Part shown: positions 20,863 to 31,811 of the stretch, in pieces
How positions within the stretch are numbered: the first letter of the stretch is position 1
Layout of the letters: each line of letters begins with the position of its first letter
Origin: an uncultured bacterium
GTDB lineage: Bacteria > Verrucomicrobiota > Verrucomicrobiia > Limisphaerales > UBA8199
Reading direction: 5' to 3'
DNA length: 64,000 nt
Assembly (NCBI GenBank): GCA_963749495.1
Contig: CAVVMW010000016.1
Coordinates: 32,001-96,000 of the forward strand
Notes under the pieces: model-generated
What the model was told of the DNA's origin: nothing
Databases searched by the model: none
Seen by the model: only the letters and a program-made list of their open reading frames with translations
Translations under genes and position numbers: made by a program

Positions 20863-22477
20863 ATGAAGTTATCCAAAAATCTAATGGCAGGGGCGGCTAT
20901 CCTTTGGGTGTCGGTTGCGCTGGGCGCCGATGCGCCACTGGCCCGGCTGGGCGTGCGCAGTTACACGGATTTGACCAACGCGATCAGCCGGCTGGCCAAA
21001 TGCATCGATCCCAACGAGACGGCGGACCCCGCGCTCGAACTCACCGGGCACCTGGGGATGACCAATCTGGCGGCCTTGGACGCAACGCGTCCGTGGGAAC
21101 TCGCTCTTTGGCATGGGGGCGGCGATGAACCGCTGCTGGCCCTCAAGGCGCCGGTCAAGGACGTGGCCCAGTTCAAAGAGAGCTTGAGCCCGAGGGCGTG
21201 CTGCGGAGCAAAGGCAGCGGTTGGAGCCAGTTGACCAATGGCTTTGGCCTCATCCTGTTCCGCGAGGAGGGTTCCCTCTCGGACGCGGAAAAATCCGCGT
21301 TGAACGAGTGGAAGTCCCAGCCCGTCACGCCCCCCGCGGGGCTGGTGGCACTGAGTGTAGGCATGACCGAGCCGCTGCGGGAGCAGGCGCTCGGCCTGGT
21401 GTCCATTGGCAAGATGTCCGTGAGCCAGGCATTGGCTTCGCAGGGCTCCCAGATGGGAGCCAGCCTGACCCCGGCCGCCATGGGAGAGGTGGTGGGTCTT
21501 TATTTTGACCTCATCGAGACCTTCCTCAAGGGGTTGCAGGATACCACTATCGGCCTGGACCTTTCTTCCGAAGCCCTGATGGTCGAGAATGTCCTCACGG
21601 CCAAGCCTGGAACGGATTTGGCGAACTGGGTGCAAAAGCGGCCCACCAGATCACCGCGCAGGACTTGAATTGGGTCGATCCAAACGCCTCGGGTTCGATG
21701 GCGGGCTATTTCGGCAAGGACCCCGCGCTTTTGAAGCTGGTCTCAAAAATGATCCGCGTGAGCTTTCAGGTGCAGAACATGGAGACCAATGGCGCGGCGG
21801 CCAAGGGCCTGGACAACTTGGTCGCCAGGCTGCTGCCGGCGGTCTTCGCGGGCTCCGTGGAGATGAAAGGCAAGTTCGCCTTCGACGGGGCCTACCGTTT
21901 TCCGGGCGCCAACGTCACGGAGACCTACGGCCAAATCAAGCAGTTCCTGACCAACAGCTTCCAAACCTTCGTTGGCAAAGACAAGATGTATTCCGCCGCC
22001 AGCCTCGCCGAGAAGCACGACACAATCAATGGCACCCCGGTGGATCGGGTCACATTGACCCTGAATATGGATAGCCCCTGGTTCAAATTCCCCGGCCAAA
22101 AAGAGCAGCTTCAGGCCTTCTGGCCCGATGGCAAAATGGAATTCGACTATGCCATCCAGGGGGATCGGTTGCTGGCGGCCACGCCAGTGCGAATGAAAGA
22201 GATACTCGAGTCCTCGGGCGGCAAGTCAAATCCCAAACCGGCTTTCAAACTCGGGGAAGGGACTGTCCTGGCCGGATACGTGAACCCGCTGACCTTCATC
22301 GGCCAGATGTCCGCCGCCAACCCCGCTATCCCGGAGGCTGTCAAAGACAAATTGGCCAAGCTCGATGCCCAGGGCACCGGCATCCAGTTCGAGGTGCGCG
22401 TGGACAAGCAATTGCGCTCCACCACTCGAGTCCCGCTCAAGCTCTTCCGCGAGCTGGGATCGCTCAAGGACGAGTAA
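20863..22477 (+). CDS. Secreted hypothetical protein, two apparent frameshifts (~21197, ~21640)
   Basis: Three consecutive overlapping ORFs with coding-like composition and one signal peptide. Confidence 0.65.
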
Positions 22478-22723
22478 CGTCACGGGCGCAGGACAGACCC
22501 CTCACCCCGGCCCTCTCCCCGTCCGACGGGGAGAGGGAGAGGCGTCGGCAGCCTCGGGAGCCTCCCGGGGTCTGCGCTTCCTCAAACCGCTACCGAGAAC
22601 TCTCCCTCTCCCCTTCCCAAGGGGAGAGGGCCGGGTTGAGGGGTCTGCCCCGTGACGCTCCCGGCTTCAGAGGCCTCACAAAACCGGCTGGCTTTTTGGC
22701 CCGCAACGGGTTTAGCTACCCGC

Positions 22724-24118
22724 ATGACCAGAGCCTTGTTCCTCGTCCTGTGGGCGCTTGCCGCCACAGATTCGTTCATCACCGCCGGGGAATCCCCGAA
22801 TGCCGCCACCACTCAGCCCTCGGGCCTGCGCGTAGCCACCTTCGATGTGGATGCGACCCCGCCGGTGGGTTCGATGCTGGCCTACGACCCGGTGACCAAC
22901 CGCTGGAACCTCGGGCTGCGCGCGCGCGGCCTGGTGTTGCTCGGGGCGGACAAGCCGATTGTGCTGTGCGCCGTGGATTGGATTGGCATCGCCAACGAAG
23001 GGCACGATGCCTTTCAGGCGGTCCTCGCGCGCGCCGCGGGCACCACGCCCGAGCGCGTGGCCGTGCACACCTTGCACCAGCACGACGCCCCCGACTGCGA
23101 TTTCTCCGCCGAACGCATGTTGAAGCAAGCCGGACTCGACGCCCGGCAATTCGAGGGCGGCTTCCAGAGGGAGGTGCTCTCGAATCTGGCGGCCATGGTC
23201 GAGGCCGCTTTGCCCCGGGCGCAACCGATCACGCACCTGGGCCTGGGTGAGGCGCGCGTGAAAAGGGTCGCCTCCAACCGCAGGATTCTCGGCCCGGACG
23301 GCAAGGTCCGCGCCACGCGCTGGACAGCCACGCGCGACGCCGCGCTGCGCGCCGAACCGGAGGGCGTGGTGGACCCGGTCCTCTCGCTGGTGAGCTTCTG
23401 GAACGGCCGCCAACCGGTGGCGGTCTTGAGCTATTACGCCACGCATCCGCAGAGCTATTACCGCACGGGCATCGCCAATCCCGACTTTCCCGGCGTGGCC
23501 CGGTTCCTGCGCGAGTTGGCGGTGCCGGGCGCGTTGCCCGTTCACTTCAATGGCGCGGGCGGAAACATCGGCGCGGGCAAATACAACGACGGCTCGCCCA
23601 CCAACCGGCTCGTGCTGGCCGAGCGTCTGGCCGACGGCATGCGCCGTGCCTGGGAGAACACGCGGCGTCAACCCATTGCGGCCGGTGACGTCGGTTGGGC
23701 CGTGGCGCGCGTGGCGCTGCCCCCCGCCAGGCACCTTTCGATTGCGGCCCTGGAAGCCCGGCTCCAGGCCAAGGACCCGGAGTTTGTCAGGCGGGGCGAT
23801 GCCAGCCGGCTGGCCTGGCTGCGCCGCTGTCGGGACGGGCGCCCGATCGAGGTCGCCTGCCTGCGCCTTGGCCGGGCGCGCATCCTGCACTTGCCGGGCG
23901 AGGCCTTCGTGGAATTCCAACTGGCCGCCAAGGCCGCCCGCCCGGATTTGTTCGTGGCAGTGGCCGCCTACGGCGATTACGCGCCCTGGTACATCGGCAC
24001 GGCCGTTGCCTACGAACAGGGCGGCTATGAAACCAGCCCCGCCTCCTCGAACGTCAGCCCCGAGGCCGAAGCGATCCTCGTGGGCGCTATCCGGGAACTC
24101 TTGCAGCCGCCGCGGTGA
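22724..24118 (+). CDS. Neutral/alkaline ceramidase-like hydrolase (hypothetical)
   Basis: [28 protein letters not shown] pattern. Confidence 0.6.
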   Translation: MTRALFLVLWALAATDSFITAGESPNAATTQPSGLRVATFDVDATPPVGSMLAYDPVTNRWNLGLRARGLVLLGADKPIVLCAVDWIGIANEGHDAFQAVLARAAGTTPERVAVHTLHQHDAPDCDFSAERMLKQAGLDARQFEGGFQREVLSNLAAMVEAALPRAQPITHLGLGEARVKRVASNRRILGPDGKVRATRWTATRDAALRAEPEGVVDPVLSLVSFWNGRQPVAVLSYYATHPQSYYRTGIANPDFPGVARFLRELAVPGALPVHFNGAGGNIGAGKYNDGSPTNRLVLAERLADGMRRAWENTRRQPIAAGDVGWAVARVALPPARHLSIAALEARLQAKDPEFVRRGDASRLAWLRRCRDGRPIEVACLRLGRARILHLPGEAFVEFQLAAKAARPDLFVAVAAYGDYAPWYIGTAVAYEQGGYETSPASSNVSPEAEAILVGAIRELLQPPR

Positions 24119-24196
24119 AAGAGGGTCTGAAACTAACTATTCAGGTGCAGGACGGGGTTTGACGTGAATGTTCGCCCGGGGCCAACGTTCGAGCTT

Positions 24197-24405
24197 TGTC
24201 CCGGAGGGACATCCCGAGAATAGCCCGGCGCTTCAGCGCCGGGTACAACGCCCAAAAAACCCGCGTCCCGAAAGGGACGCCCGAGGCTTGGTGGCTGACG
24301 TATGACATGCGGCTGGTTCAACCGTCCCTTCGGGACGCAAGCAACACTAAACGGCTTCTCCCGGCGCTCAAGCGCCGGGCTATTATCGAGATGTCCCTTC
24401 GGGAC
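24197..24405. repeat. REP doublet (gtcccggagggac family)
   Basis: aatagcccggcgcttcagcgccggg and its inverse. Confidence 0.8.
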
Positions 24406-24524
24406 AACCATCGATCGCGGGCCCGGTGACATGTCGAAAGGTGTGGACGACACCGAGGCAAATGCGTGAATGCGCATCGGAATAGTGACGTCTGAACCAA
24501 CTGGGTAACTCCCTTCACGAGCCA

Positions 24525-25604
24525 TTACGGCAGCAGGACGACGCGGTAGAACCGCTGCTGATCCGAGCCGATGGTGTCGGCGGCAGACGTGACGGTGTTG
24601 GTTGCCCCAACGGGCCCGCCCAGGTTGAGCCAGCCGGGTTGGACCAGGTTGGTCTTGAACTGCAATTGATAGTTCCGCCCCGCAATCGCAGTCCAGCTCA
24701 GGTTGATCCCTCTGCCCCTGGCGCCGTCAGAGGAAGCGAGGCTCAGAGTGGGAGCCGGCCCCGGCGTCCCCACGGTGAAGGTGACCGCGGGGGAGTCGGC
24801 CTTCCAACCGGCCCCGTAAAGCACCCGGGCGAAGACCGTCTTGCTGCCGGGCGAGACGTTGGGCCAAGTGATGCCATAAGGGGCCGTGGTGGTGGAACCC
24901 AGAAGCGTCGGGCCGCTGTAGAATTGCACGGCCTTGATGATCTTCCCGTTGGAGACCACATCGGCAACGAGTGCGACGTTCGGTGCCGGAACATTCGCCC
25001 CCGCGGCGGGCGCGGCCAGCGTGCAGACCGGGGCGACGGTTTGCACGCTCTCAATGGCGTTGGTGATGGCCGTTAGGTCGTAGCCTGCGGTGCTGTAAAG
25101 CACCTCCCAGGTCTTGTGGTTGGTGGAGTTGGTCGTGCCGTTGAGCACCACGAAGTTGGGGATGCCGCCATTGTTGAATTGGTTGTAGGCGACCCAGGAG
25201 GGGTCGTCGCCGACGAGTTGCAGGCCGTAAGTGGCGATGAAATTGTTGACGGCGGCGGGGTCGGTGTCGTCGATGCTGATGCTGATCACTGTGACCGGCA
25301 CGCCGTTGAGGTTGCCGCCGCTGTTGTGGTAGTGCCGGACGATGTTGGTTTCGATGTCGGGGGAGGCAAGCTGGCACCAGTCGCACCAGTAGGCCCAGAA
25401 GTCCAGCAACACGACGTTGCCCTGGTAGGCCCGAAGGCGCAACGGTTGGCCCGTCGCGTGGTTGGCAATGGTGAAGTCGCGCGCGATGCCGCCCACAGGC
25501 GTGACTTGCGCGCGCGCTGAATAAATGCCGGCCATCGAGGCCAGGCCCACCGCGGCCACAATGGCTCGAAGGACAGCGCGGACAGATTCAATGTTGCTTT
25601 TCAT
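24525..25604 (-). CDS. Secreted redoxin (TlpA-like) with Ig-like domain and RFYR C-terminal module
   Basis: LLDFWAYWCDWC; IKAVQFYSG..APYGITW; ends QQRFYRVVLLP. Confidence 0.8.
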   Translation of the reverse strand: MKSNIESVRAVLRAIVAAVGLASMAGIYSARAQVTPVGGIARDFTIANHATGQPLRLRAYQGNVVLLDFWAYWCDWCQLASPDIETNIVRHYHNSGGNLNGVPVTVISISIDDTDPAAVNNFIATYGLQLVGDDPSWVAYNQFNNGGIPNFVVLNGTTNSTNHKTWEVLYSTAGYDLTAITNAIESVQTVAPVCTLAAPAAGANVPAPNVALVADVVSNGKIIKAVQFYSGPTLLGSTTTAPYGITWPNVSPGSKTVFARVLYGAGWKADSPAVTFTVGTPGPAPTLSLASSDGARGRGINLSWTAIAGRNYQLQFKTNLVQPGWLNLGGPVGATNTVTSAADTIGSDQQRFYRVVLLP

Positions 25605-25626
25605 CAGGGTTGCTCGGTTCTTGGGA

Positions 25627-27279
25627 TTAGAATTCATGCGCGAAGGCGAGTTGCGCCGAGAACCAATCCCGGTTTTGGTAAAGGTGGGCGAAAGTGAGAG
25701 CGTTGGGGGCCGGACGCTCATAGCGGGTGAAATACGGGCCAAAGACGAGTTTCACGGAAGACTTCAAGCCCTGCCAGCGAAGGCCCAAACCCAGGTCGAC
25801 TGTTTCCAATGGGGGCGCGGCGGTGTTCAAGGCCAGGAGCGCGTTTTCGACCTGGCCGGTATCCTTGTAGTAGCGCGCCTGCGCGCTGGCGAACCAGGTC
25901 CCTCTCCAGTCACGCTCGAGCACCACACCGCCGGACCAGGAGTCGAAGCGCGGGGCTTCGTGCGTGCCGGCAAGGACTAAGCGGCTGACCCAGTGCTCGC
26001 CCAGGGCGGCGTTGAGCGAGGATTGGCCCGCCAGGCGCAACTGGCGGTCGGTCGTGTCGATAAACTGCAGCTCCTGCAAGGCGCGCAGCCGCCTCGAAAG
26101 CACGTTCTCCAGCGTCAACCGGCCGCCCAGCGTATCGTAATCCTCGCGAAAGCGAATCAATCGCGGAGGGGGAGAGGCGAGGCTGACGTCGTAGGCCGGG
26201 GCGATGAGATCGTGTTGGAAGGCGAGGTCGCCCTGCAGGAAACCCGCTGAGGGCAGGTACTCCCACCTCAGCCCGCCGGAACCGTTGCACCCCCAAGGGT
26301 GAGCCGTGTCATAGCCTGGGCGGTTTCCAAAGACCTGGCGGAAGTGTTCGTTCAGCCAAAGCGAATGGTAATCCATGTACCCGTAATACCCGCCGCCGCT
26401 GGCCCTCAATTCGAGCCGGTCCTGAGCGCGCAAGCGACCCCGTGCCTGCAATCCGTAGTGGTCCTCCTCGAGACGTCTTTCCTTCTCCAGCGGCTCCTCC
26501 GGTTGGTAGCGCAACTCGATGTGCCCGTGCGAAAGGGCCAGGGCCAGTTCCGAGCCGGGCCGCGTCTGGCGGTATTCCGCCGTCTCGTCGGTGAGCATGA
26601 TGTCCGAGGCAATCAACGCCGCCGTATCCAAACCGGCTTGGCGGACCAATCCGCCGCTGCGTGACAGCACTGGCGGCGGCTGGTCTGAATGCGGTTTGCC
26701 CTCAGGCGCGGTCTGCCCGGCCATGCCTGGGACGCCATCGATGACTCGCCGCAGCCCGGCCAATCCCTCGAAACCGGCCTGGCGATAGATCACTCGGGCT
26801 TGCCCCGTGCCATCGGCGCCGCCTGTAGCGTCGATGATGACGAGGTAGGGCATTCCGTCGCCTCGGTAACTCCTGAACGCCTCGCCATCCAAATCGTCCA
26901 ACACCTGCTCCAATCCCGCCCGCCGGATGAAGGCCTCGGTCCTTTCCGGCTGCGCCGCCTCGAGGTTCACCGCAAAGACCTCGACGGGAATCCCATGGGC
27001 GTTGCCCTTGCGCTCCCGGTAATACTGCTCGATGCCGCCCCGCACCTCGGCCGAGCAACGGGCGCACGGCGCGCACCAATGGGCGAAGAAGTCCAGCACC
27101 ACGACCCGGCCCCGCAAGTCCGCCAGCCCAACCTTCTCCCCCGTCCCATGCCGGGGCAGGCTGAAGGGCGGGGCCGGCTCGCCCTTTCGCGCAATTCCGG
27201 GCTGCCCGGATGACAGGGACCAAGCCAGCAAACCCGTGGCATAGAGCCCCGCCAGCCGCATGAAACACGCACAGTTCAT
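25627..27279 (-). CDS. TlpA redoxin fused to outer-membrane barrel (DUF3570-like)
   Basis: VVLDFFAHWCAPC followed by a beta-strand-rich region ending in F. Confidence 0.7.
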   Translation of the reverse strand: MNCACFMRLAGLYATGLLAWSLSSGQPGIARKGEPAPPFSLPRHGTGEKVGLADLRGRVVVLDFFAHWCAPCARCSAEVRGGIEQYYRERKGNAHGIPVEVFAVNLEAAQPERTEAFIRRAGLEQVLDDLDGEAFRSYRGDGMPYLVIIDATGGADGTGQARVIYRQAGFEGLAGLRRVIDGVPGMAGQTAPEGKPHSDQPPPVLSRSGGLVRQAGLDTAALIASDIMLTDETAEYRQTRPGSELALALSHGHIELRYQPEEPLEKERRLEEDHYGLQARGRLRAQDRLELRASGGGYYGYMDYHSLWLNEHFRQVFGNRPGYDTAHPWGCNGSGGLRWEYLPSAGFLQGDLAFQHDLIAPAYDVSLASPPPRLIRFREDYDTLGGRLTLENVLSRRLRALQELQFIDTTDRQLRLAGQSSLNAALGEHWVSRLVLAGTHEAPRFDSWSGGVVLERDWRGTWFASAQARYYKDTGQVENALLALNTAAPPLETVDLGLGLRWQGLKSSVKLVFGPYFTRYERPAPNALTFAHLYQNRDWFSAQLAFAHEF

Positions 27280-27629
27280 TTGCAGGAGGCGCAACCACTG
27301 GACTGTGCTCCCCCGAAGATGGCAGAACCCGGTTCCACCTGCGGCCTCAACTTGTGCTGATAACCGAACACAAGCGAATCCGAGAACTCCATGTTCGGTT
27401 TGGAAACCAGCCGCTGCTGCTGCGGGCCGACCTGGGCGCAACCGGCAAGCAGCAGCGCCGCCGCCAGAGCAACCGCTGACGCCAGCCATGACGCTTCCCT
27501 GCGCCGACACCGCCCCCCCGCGTGAGCAGTTGCCTCGACAGCAGACGCCGGTTGGAGAGGATTCAGGCGTGGGCCGTTCGGTTTCGCTCGGGTGGCTGTT
27601 TGCACGGGTTTGAGTCTTGCGCGAGGCAT
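27276..27629 (-). CDS. DUF4266-like small lipoprotein (start uncertain)
   Basis: LLAGC lipobox; ends GGAQSSGCASCK. Confidence 0.7.
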   Translation of the reverse strand: MPRARLKPVQTATRAKPNGPRLNPLQPASAVEATAHAGGRCRRREASWLASAVALAAALLLAGCAQVGPQQQRLVSKPNMEFSDSLVFGYQHKLRPQVEPGSAIFGGAQSSGCASCK

Positions 27630-27993
27630 CCGCCTGGGGTGGCTACGGCACAGGGAGAACGCGAACTGCCGCCAAACCCAACGTGGCTCGCCAACAGTTG
27701 CCAGAGTTCTTCATTTCCCGGTCCTCAGTCCCTGCCCGGTGCCCGGAGGTCACGACCCGTCCAGAGCACAGACCCGTCGCGCGATTGAGGCACGATGTGA
27801 TCTGCCGAACGCTGCTGATTCTATGGACCGGGTTGCTCATGTCAAGCTAAACCGCCAAACCCGGGCCGCTTCTCCATTGACGGGTCGGGGCGGTTCTGCC
27901 AGTGTCCTGCTCCATGAACCAGGCAACGAAAACGGCGGCCGAGAGTGGTTTGGCCGCGGTGATACGGGTCTGAGTCACATCCGGAGACAGCTT

Positions 27994-29214
27994 ATGTCAA
28001 ATCGTCGAACGTTCCTGCAGCAAGCCATTGGGAGCGCCGCCTGGGTGGCGGCTGCCGGGCTCACCTCGCCCTCGCGCGTCCTGGGCGCCAATGACCGCAT
28101 CCGCATCGGCCTGATCGGGGCCGGCGACCGGGGGCGGGAAATTTTCCGGGCGGCTTTGCGCTGCCCCGGGGTCGAGGCCGTCGGAGCGGCCGATGTCTAT
28201 ACGCGGCGCCTGGACCAGGCCAAGGCCCTGGCCCCGGCAATCAAGACCTACCGTGATTTCCGGTTGATGCTCGAGGACAAGTCGCTGGACGCCGTCCTCA
28301 TCGCCACGCCCCAACACCAGCACGCCCTGAGCTTCGTCCCGGCCATCCAGGCGGGCAAAGACGTTTACCAGGAAAAGACCATGGCCTTCACTCCCGCCCA
28401 CGCCCGGCGGATGCGCCAGGCGGTGGCCGGCTCGGGCCGCGTGGTCCAAGTGGGCATGCAGATGAACAGCGGCCCGGGCATTGGCAAGGTCCAGGAAGCG
28501 GCAACGCCCGAGCGCATGGGAACGATCACCGCCGTCCTGGCCCACCACTACCGCAACTCCCCTTACGGTGGCTGGCTCAGGGAGGCCCCCTCGGACTGCG
28601 ATGCCGAGCACATCAATTGGCCCGCCTTCGAAGGCGAGTCCGCGCACCATCCCTTCGACCCGCAGCGCTACATGAACTGGCGCTTTTATTGGGACTACTC
28701 GGGCGGCAACGTCTTCGAGAACATGGTGCACCAAGTCGGCTTCTGGTTCCAAGTGCTGGGCCTGAGCATCCCCGAGACCGTCACCATGGCCGGCGCCAAT
28801 TACCATTCGCCAAAGATGGAAGTCCCGGACACCATGACCGTCACGATGAATCACCGGGAGAAGGTCCTCTTCACCTGGAATTCCATGTTTTCCAACGCCT
28901 ACTTTGGCGAAGGCAAGGACTACCTCTTCGGCACCAAGGGCACGCTCACCCACGATGAGTCCGACCAGGTCCTTTACCTGCCCCAAGGCCGGCCTGCGGC
29001 GGCGGCGGCCCCGCAGGGCGAGAACCGCTCAGGCTACCGCGATTCCACGGGCCAGCACATGCAGAACTTCTTCGACTGCGTGCGCTCCCGCAAGGACCCC
29101 ATCTGCCCCTTCGATCTGGGCTTCCGCGCCGCCATCGCCTGCCAGATGGCCATCGCCTCCTACCGCCAGCAGCGCACCGTCCGCTGGGACCCCCAGACCG
29201 AAGAGATTCTCTGA
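27994..29214 (+). CDS. Tat-exported Gfo/Idh/MocA oxidoreductase
   Basis: NRRTFL, GANDRIRIGLIGAGDRG, YQEK, WRFYWDYSGG. Confidence 0.9.
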   Translation: MSNRRTFLQQAIGSAAWVAAAGLTSPSRVLGANDRIRIGLIGAGDRGREIFRAALRCPGVEAVGAADVYTRRLDQAKALAPAIKTYRDFRLMLEDKSLDAVLIATPQHQHALSFVPAIQAGKDVYQEKTMAFTPAHARRMRQAVAGSGRVVQVGMQMNSGPGIGKVQEAATPERMGTITAVLAHHYRNSPYGGWLREAPSDCDAEHINWPAFEGESAHHPFDPQRYMNWRFYWDYSGGNVFENMVHQVGFWFQVLGLSIPETVTMAGANYHSPKMEVPDTMTVTMNHREKVLFTWNSMFSNAYFGEGKDYLFGTKGTLTHDESDQVLYLPQGRPAAAAAPQGENRSGYRDSTGQHMQNFFDCVRSRKDPICPFDLGFRAAIACQMAIASYRQQRTVRWDPQTEEIL

Positions 29215-29234
29215 TTTAACGTTCCTGCTGTCGC

Positions 29235-30449
29235 GTGGACCTGAAATTGACATTCATAGACCTGTTCGCTGGAGCAGGGGGATTGAGCCTGGGATTCCTG
29301 CGCGCCGGTTTCGTCCCGCTTGCCGCACTCGACCACTGGGAGCCGGCGGTGCAGAGCTACCGTGCCAATCTCGGTGACCACGTCCATAGAGTGTCTATCA
29401 ACGGGGAAATCAACGTTCCTTGCCCCACCGTTGTGGTGGGCGGACCTCCTTGCCAGGGCTTCTCGTCCGCCGGAATGCGCCGGCCAGGCGACGCCCGCAA
29501 TACCCTCGTCGGGGAATTCAGCCGGTTAGTCGCCCGCCTGAAACCTGAGGCATTCGTCTTTGAAAACGTCGAAGGATTCTTGACCAGTGCCGACGGGCTG
29601 TTCGTGTTTGAACTGCTGGAGCCGCTCGTCGAAGCCGGTTACCGGTTGCACCTCCGCAAGGTTAATGCCGCGAACTACGGGGTGCCGCAACACCGCAAGC
29701 GCGTCGTCGCCATCGGAGGGCTTGGCTGGGATCCAGCCTTTCCCGAGCCGACCCACGCGGCATTCGGTGCGCCCGGCGCCCACCGCGCAAATGGGCGAAC
29801 GCTAATCCGGACGCCGACCCTGCGAGATGCCCTCACTTCCCTTCCGCCAGCTTCTGAGGCCCCCGTTCCTGGTGTGCCGGATCACACGTTCCACCGTTTG
29901 GCGGGCGACGATCTGAAGCGCGCCCAACTACTCCTTCCAGGGCAGTGGATGCGGGATCTCCCCGAAGAGTTGTGGCACCAGAGCTACAAACGGCGGGCCT
30001 TTCGCCGCGTCATGGACGGCACGCCGACGGAGAAGCGCGGGGGCGCGCCCGCAGGCATCCGCCGGCTGCGCGGTGATGAACCTTCGAAGGCAATCACCGG
30101 CGGCGCGCTGCGCGATTTCCTGCACCCAGTCGAGGACCGCCCTCTCACGATCCGTGAGTGTGCCACGCTCCAAACGTTCCCGTTGGATTTCCGGTTCTGC
30201 GGCAACGAAAGTGAGAAGATTCAACTGATCGGCAATGCTGTGCCACCCCTGCTGGCTGAGGTGATCGCACGCTCGCTCAAGCGAGACCTGGTCAACGCCC
30301 AGGCAGAAAAGCTGCAGGGCGCGCTGTTGAGCTTTAGGCCGACCTGTGCGTCCGGAATGAGTCCCGCCCTGGGACGAGTAGCGAGGCAAGTCGAAGAGCG
30401 CTTCGGCAGCTTGTCAGGACAGCAATCGCTGGACTTCGCATGGCGCTGA
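29235..30449 (+). CDS. dcm: DNA (cytosine-5)-methyltransferase
   Basis: DLFAGAGG, GGPPCQGFS, ENV, QHRKR, TIRECATLQTFP, IGNAVPP. Confidence 0.93.
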   Translation: MDLKLTFIDLFAGAGGLSLGFLRAGFVPLAALDHWEPAVQSYRANLGDHVHRVSINGEINVPCPTVVVGGPPCQGFSSAGMRRPGDARNTLVGEFSRLVARLKPEAFVFENVEGFLTSADGLFVFELLEPLVEAGYRLHLRKVNAANYGVPQHRKRVVAIGGLGWDPAFPEPTHAAFGAPGAHRANGRTLIRTPTLRDALTSLPPASEAPVPGVPDHTFHRLAGDDLKRAQLLLPGQWMRDLPEELWHQSYKRRAFRRVMDGTPTEKRGGAPAGIRRLRGDEPSKAITGGALRDFLHPVEDRPLTIRECATLQTFPLDFRFCGNESEKIQLIGNAVPPLLAEVIARSLKRDLVNAQAEKLQGALLSFRPTCASGMSPALGRVARQVEERFGSLSGQQSLDFAWR

Positions 30450-30794
30450 CGAAATCACAGGCCTCGATTTGGCAAAAAGCAACGGCCCTTGGGGCCGGCG
30501 ATCAAGCCGTGGCGCTATCAGATCTCGGCGAGAACGCATGGGCTCATCTCGAAGGGTCTGGCGGGGAGGACCATGAGCGTTTTCCTGCGGGACTACGTCC
30601 GCGGTCCCATCCAAGATCTGCTCGCCCACGGAGACGAACCCCTCCTGGAGTTTAGAGCGAGATTCCAACCAGAAGCAATTCAGCTCGCACTCGGGGAGGA
30701 GGTCCTGAGCATCCCTCGCGTTGCACCTGCTCCGGCTGATGACGCTGAAGACGCCATGCCGCAGGACGCCGACAATTCGATCCCGGGGGTGTGA
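30440..30794 (+). pseudogene. Degraded gene between methylase and vsr (possible restriction endonuclease remnant)
   Basis: Short broken ORFs overlapping both neighbours. Identity inferred from position only. Confidence 0.35.
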
Positions 30795-31555
30795 AGTCAA
30801 TTCGTTCAAGAGCGCCGGCGGCGTCCTCGCCCGCCGTGCGCCGAGTCATGCAGGCCAACCGGTCCTTCGACACGGGTTTGGAGGTCCTCCTGCGGAGGGC
30901 CCTCTACCGGCGCGGGCTCCGCTACCGCAAGCACAGTAACGTTGATAGAGCGGTGAGGTGCAGGGCAGACGTGGTTTTCCGGCGTGCCCGCGTCTGCGTC
31001 TTCGTCAATGGCTGCTTTTGGCATGGCTGTCCCAAACACTTCCGCGCCCCCGAGGCCAACCGCGCCTGGTGGAAGGAGAAGATCTCCGACAACCGGGCCC
31101 GAGATCGCCGCAAAACTGGTGCTCTGCGACGTCGTGGCTGGCGGGTGATCCGCGTTTGGGAGCACGATGTGTCCCGCCGTGATTTCCGGCGCGTGCTGGA
31201 GCGAATCGAACGGGCGGTCAGGGGGACTTGTGAGAGCCCGTCAGCCGGCGCACCGGGCAACCGTTTTCACCGGCAATCCTTCCCGGCCCGCGAGCACGAA
31301 GCGCGCTCGCGCCAGGAACCAGCAGGCTCGATTAGGCCAACGATGCCCACCCACGCCGATCCCGGAGCCGGGAAAAGGGTCGCCTCGCAAATCGCGGTTA
31401 CCCCCAGATCTGACGGTCCAGGGAACGGTATCTCGCGCGGCGAACACCTCGACTCCACGGACATCTTCCCATCGGGAGGGTGCAACGTTGCCTTTTTGCG
31501 ATCGGGTTTTGATCGTCTGCCGGGCCAAATACCTGCCCTCCCTCACCCACGATGA
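30791..31555 (+). CDS. vsr: Very short patch repair endonuclease; homology ends ~31230, native stop apparently lost
   Basis: MQANRSFDTGLEVLLRRAL, FVNGCFWHGC, GWRVIRVWEH. Confidence 0.85.
   Translation: MKSIRSRAPAASSPAVRRVMQANRSFDTGLEVLLRRALYRRGLRYRKHSNVDRAVRCRADVVFRRARVCVFVNGCFWHGCPKHFRAPEANRAWWKEKISDNRARDRRKTGALRRRGWRVIRVWEHDVSRRDFRRVLERIERAVRGTCESPSAGAPGNRFHRQSFPAREHEARSRQEPAGSIRPTMPTHADPGAGKRVASQIAVTPRSDGPGNGISRGEHLDSTDIFPSGGCNVAFLRSGFDRLPGQIPALPHPR
31398..31478 (-). pseudogene. Collapsed comM/yifB 3' fragment (copy C)
   Basis: Matches both ends of 35971-36443, joined at a shared GTAT. Confidence 0.85.
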
Positions 31556-31811
31556 GTCCGACCAGGTCCTTTACCTGCCCCAAGGCCGGCCTGCGGCGGC
31601 GGCGCCCCCGCAGGGCGAGAACCGCTCAGGCTACCGCGATTCCACGGGCCAGCACATGCAGAACTTCTTCGATTGCGTGCGCTCCCGCAAGGACCCCATC
31701 TGCCCCTTCGATCTGGGTTTCCGCGCCGCCATCGCCTGCCAGATGGCCATCGCCTCCTACCGCCAGCAGCGCACCGTCCGCTGGGACCCCCAGACCGAAG
31801 AGATCGTCTAA
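31542..31811 (+). repeat. Direct repeat of the 3' end of the 27994-29214 gene
   Basis: 28945-29207 vs 31542-31804, 3 substitutions seen; ends EEIL* vs EEIV*. Confidence 0.95.

Noticed and set aside
31230..31555. Vsr C-terminal extension as a novel domain
   Set aside because: It is read-through across the antisense comM remnant and junction DNA.
28945..31811. DGR or prophage att pair
   Set aside because: Only 3 non-adenine-biased changes; no RT, integrase or phage genes.
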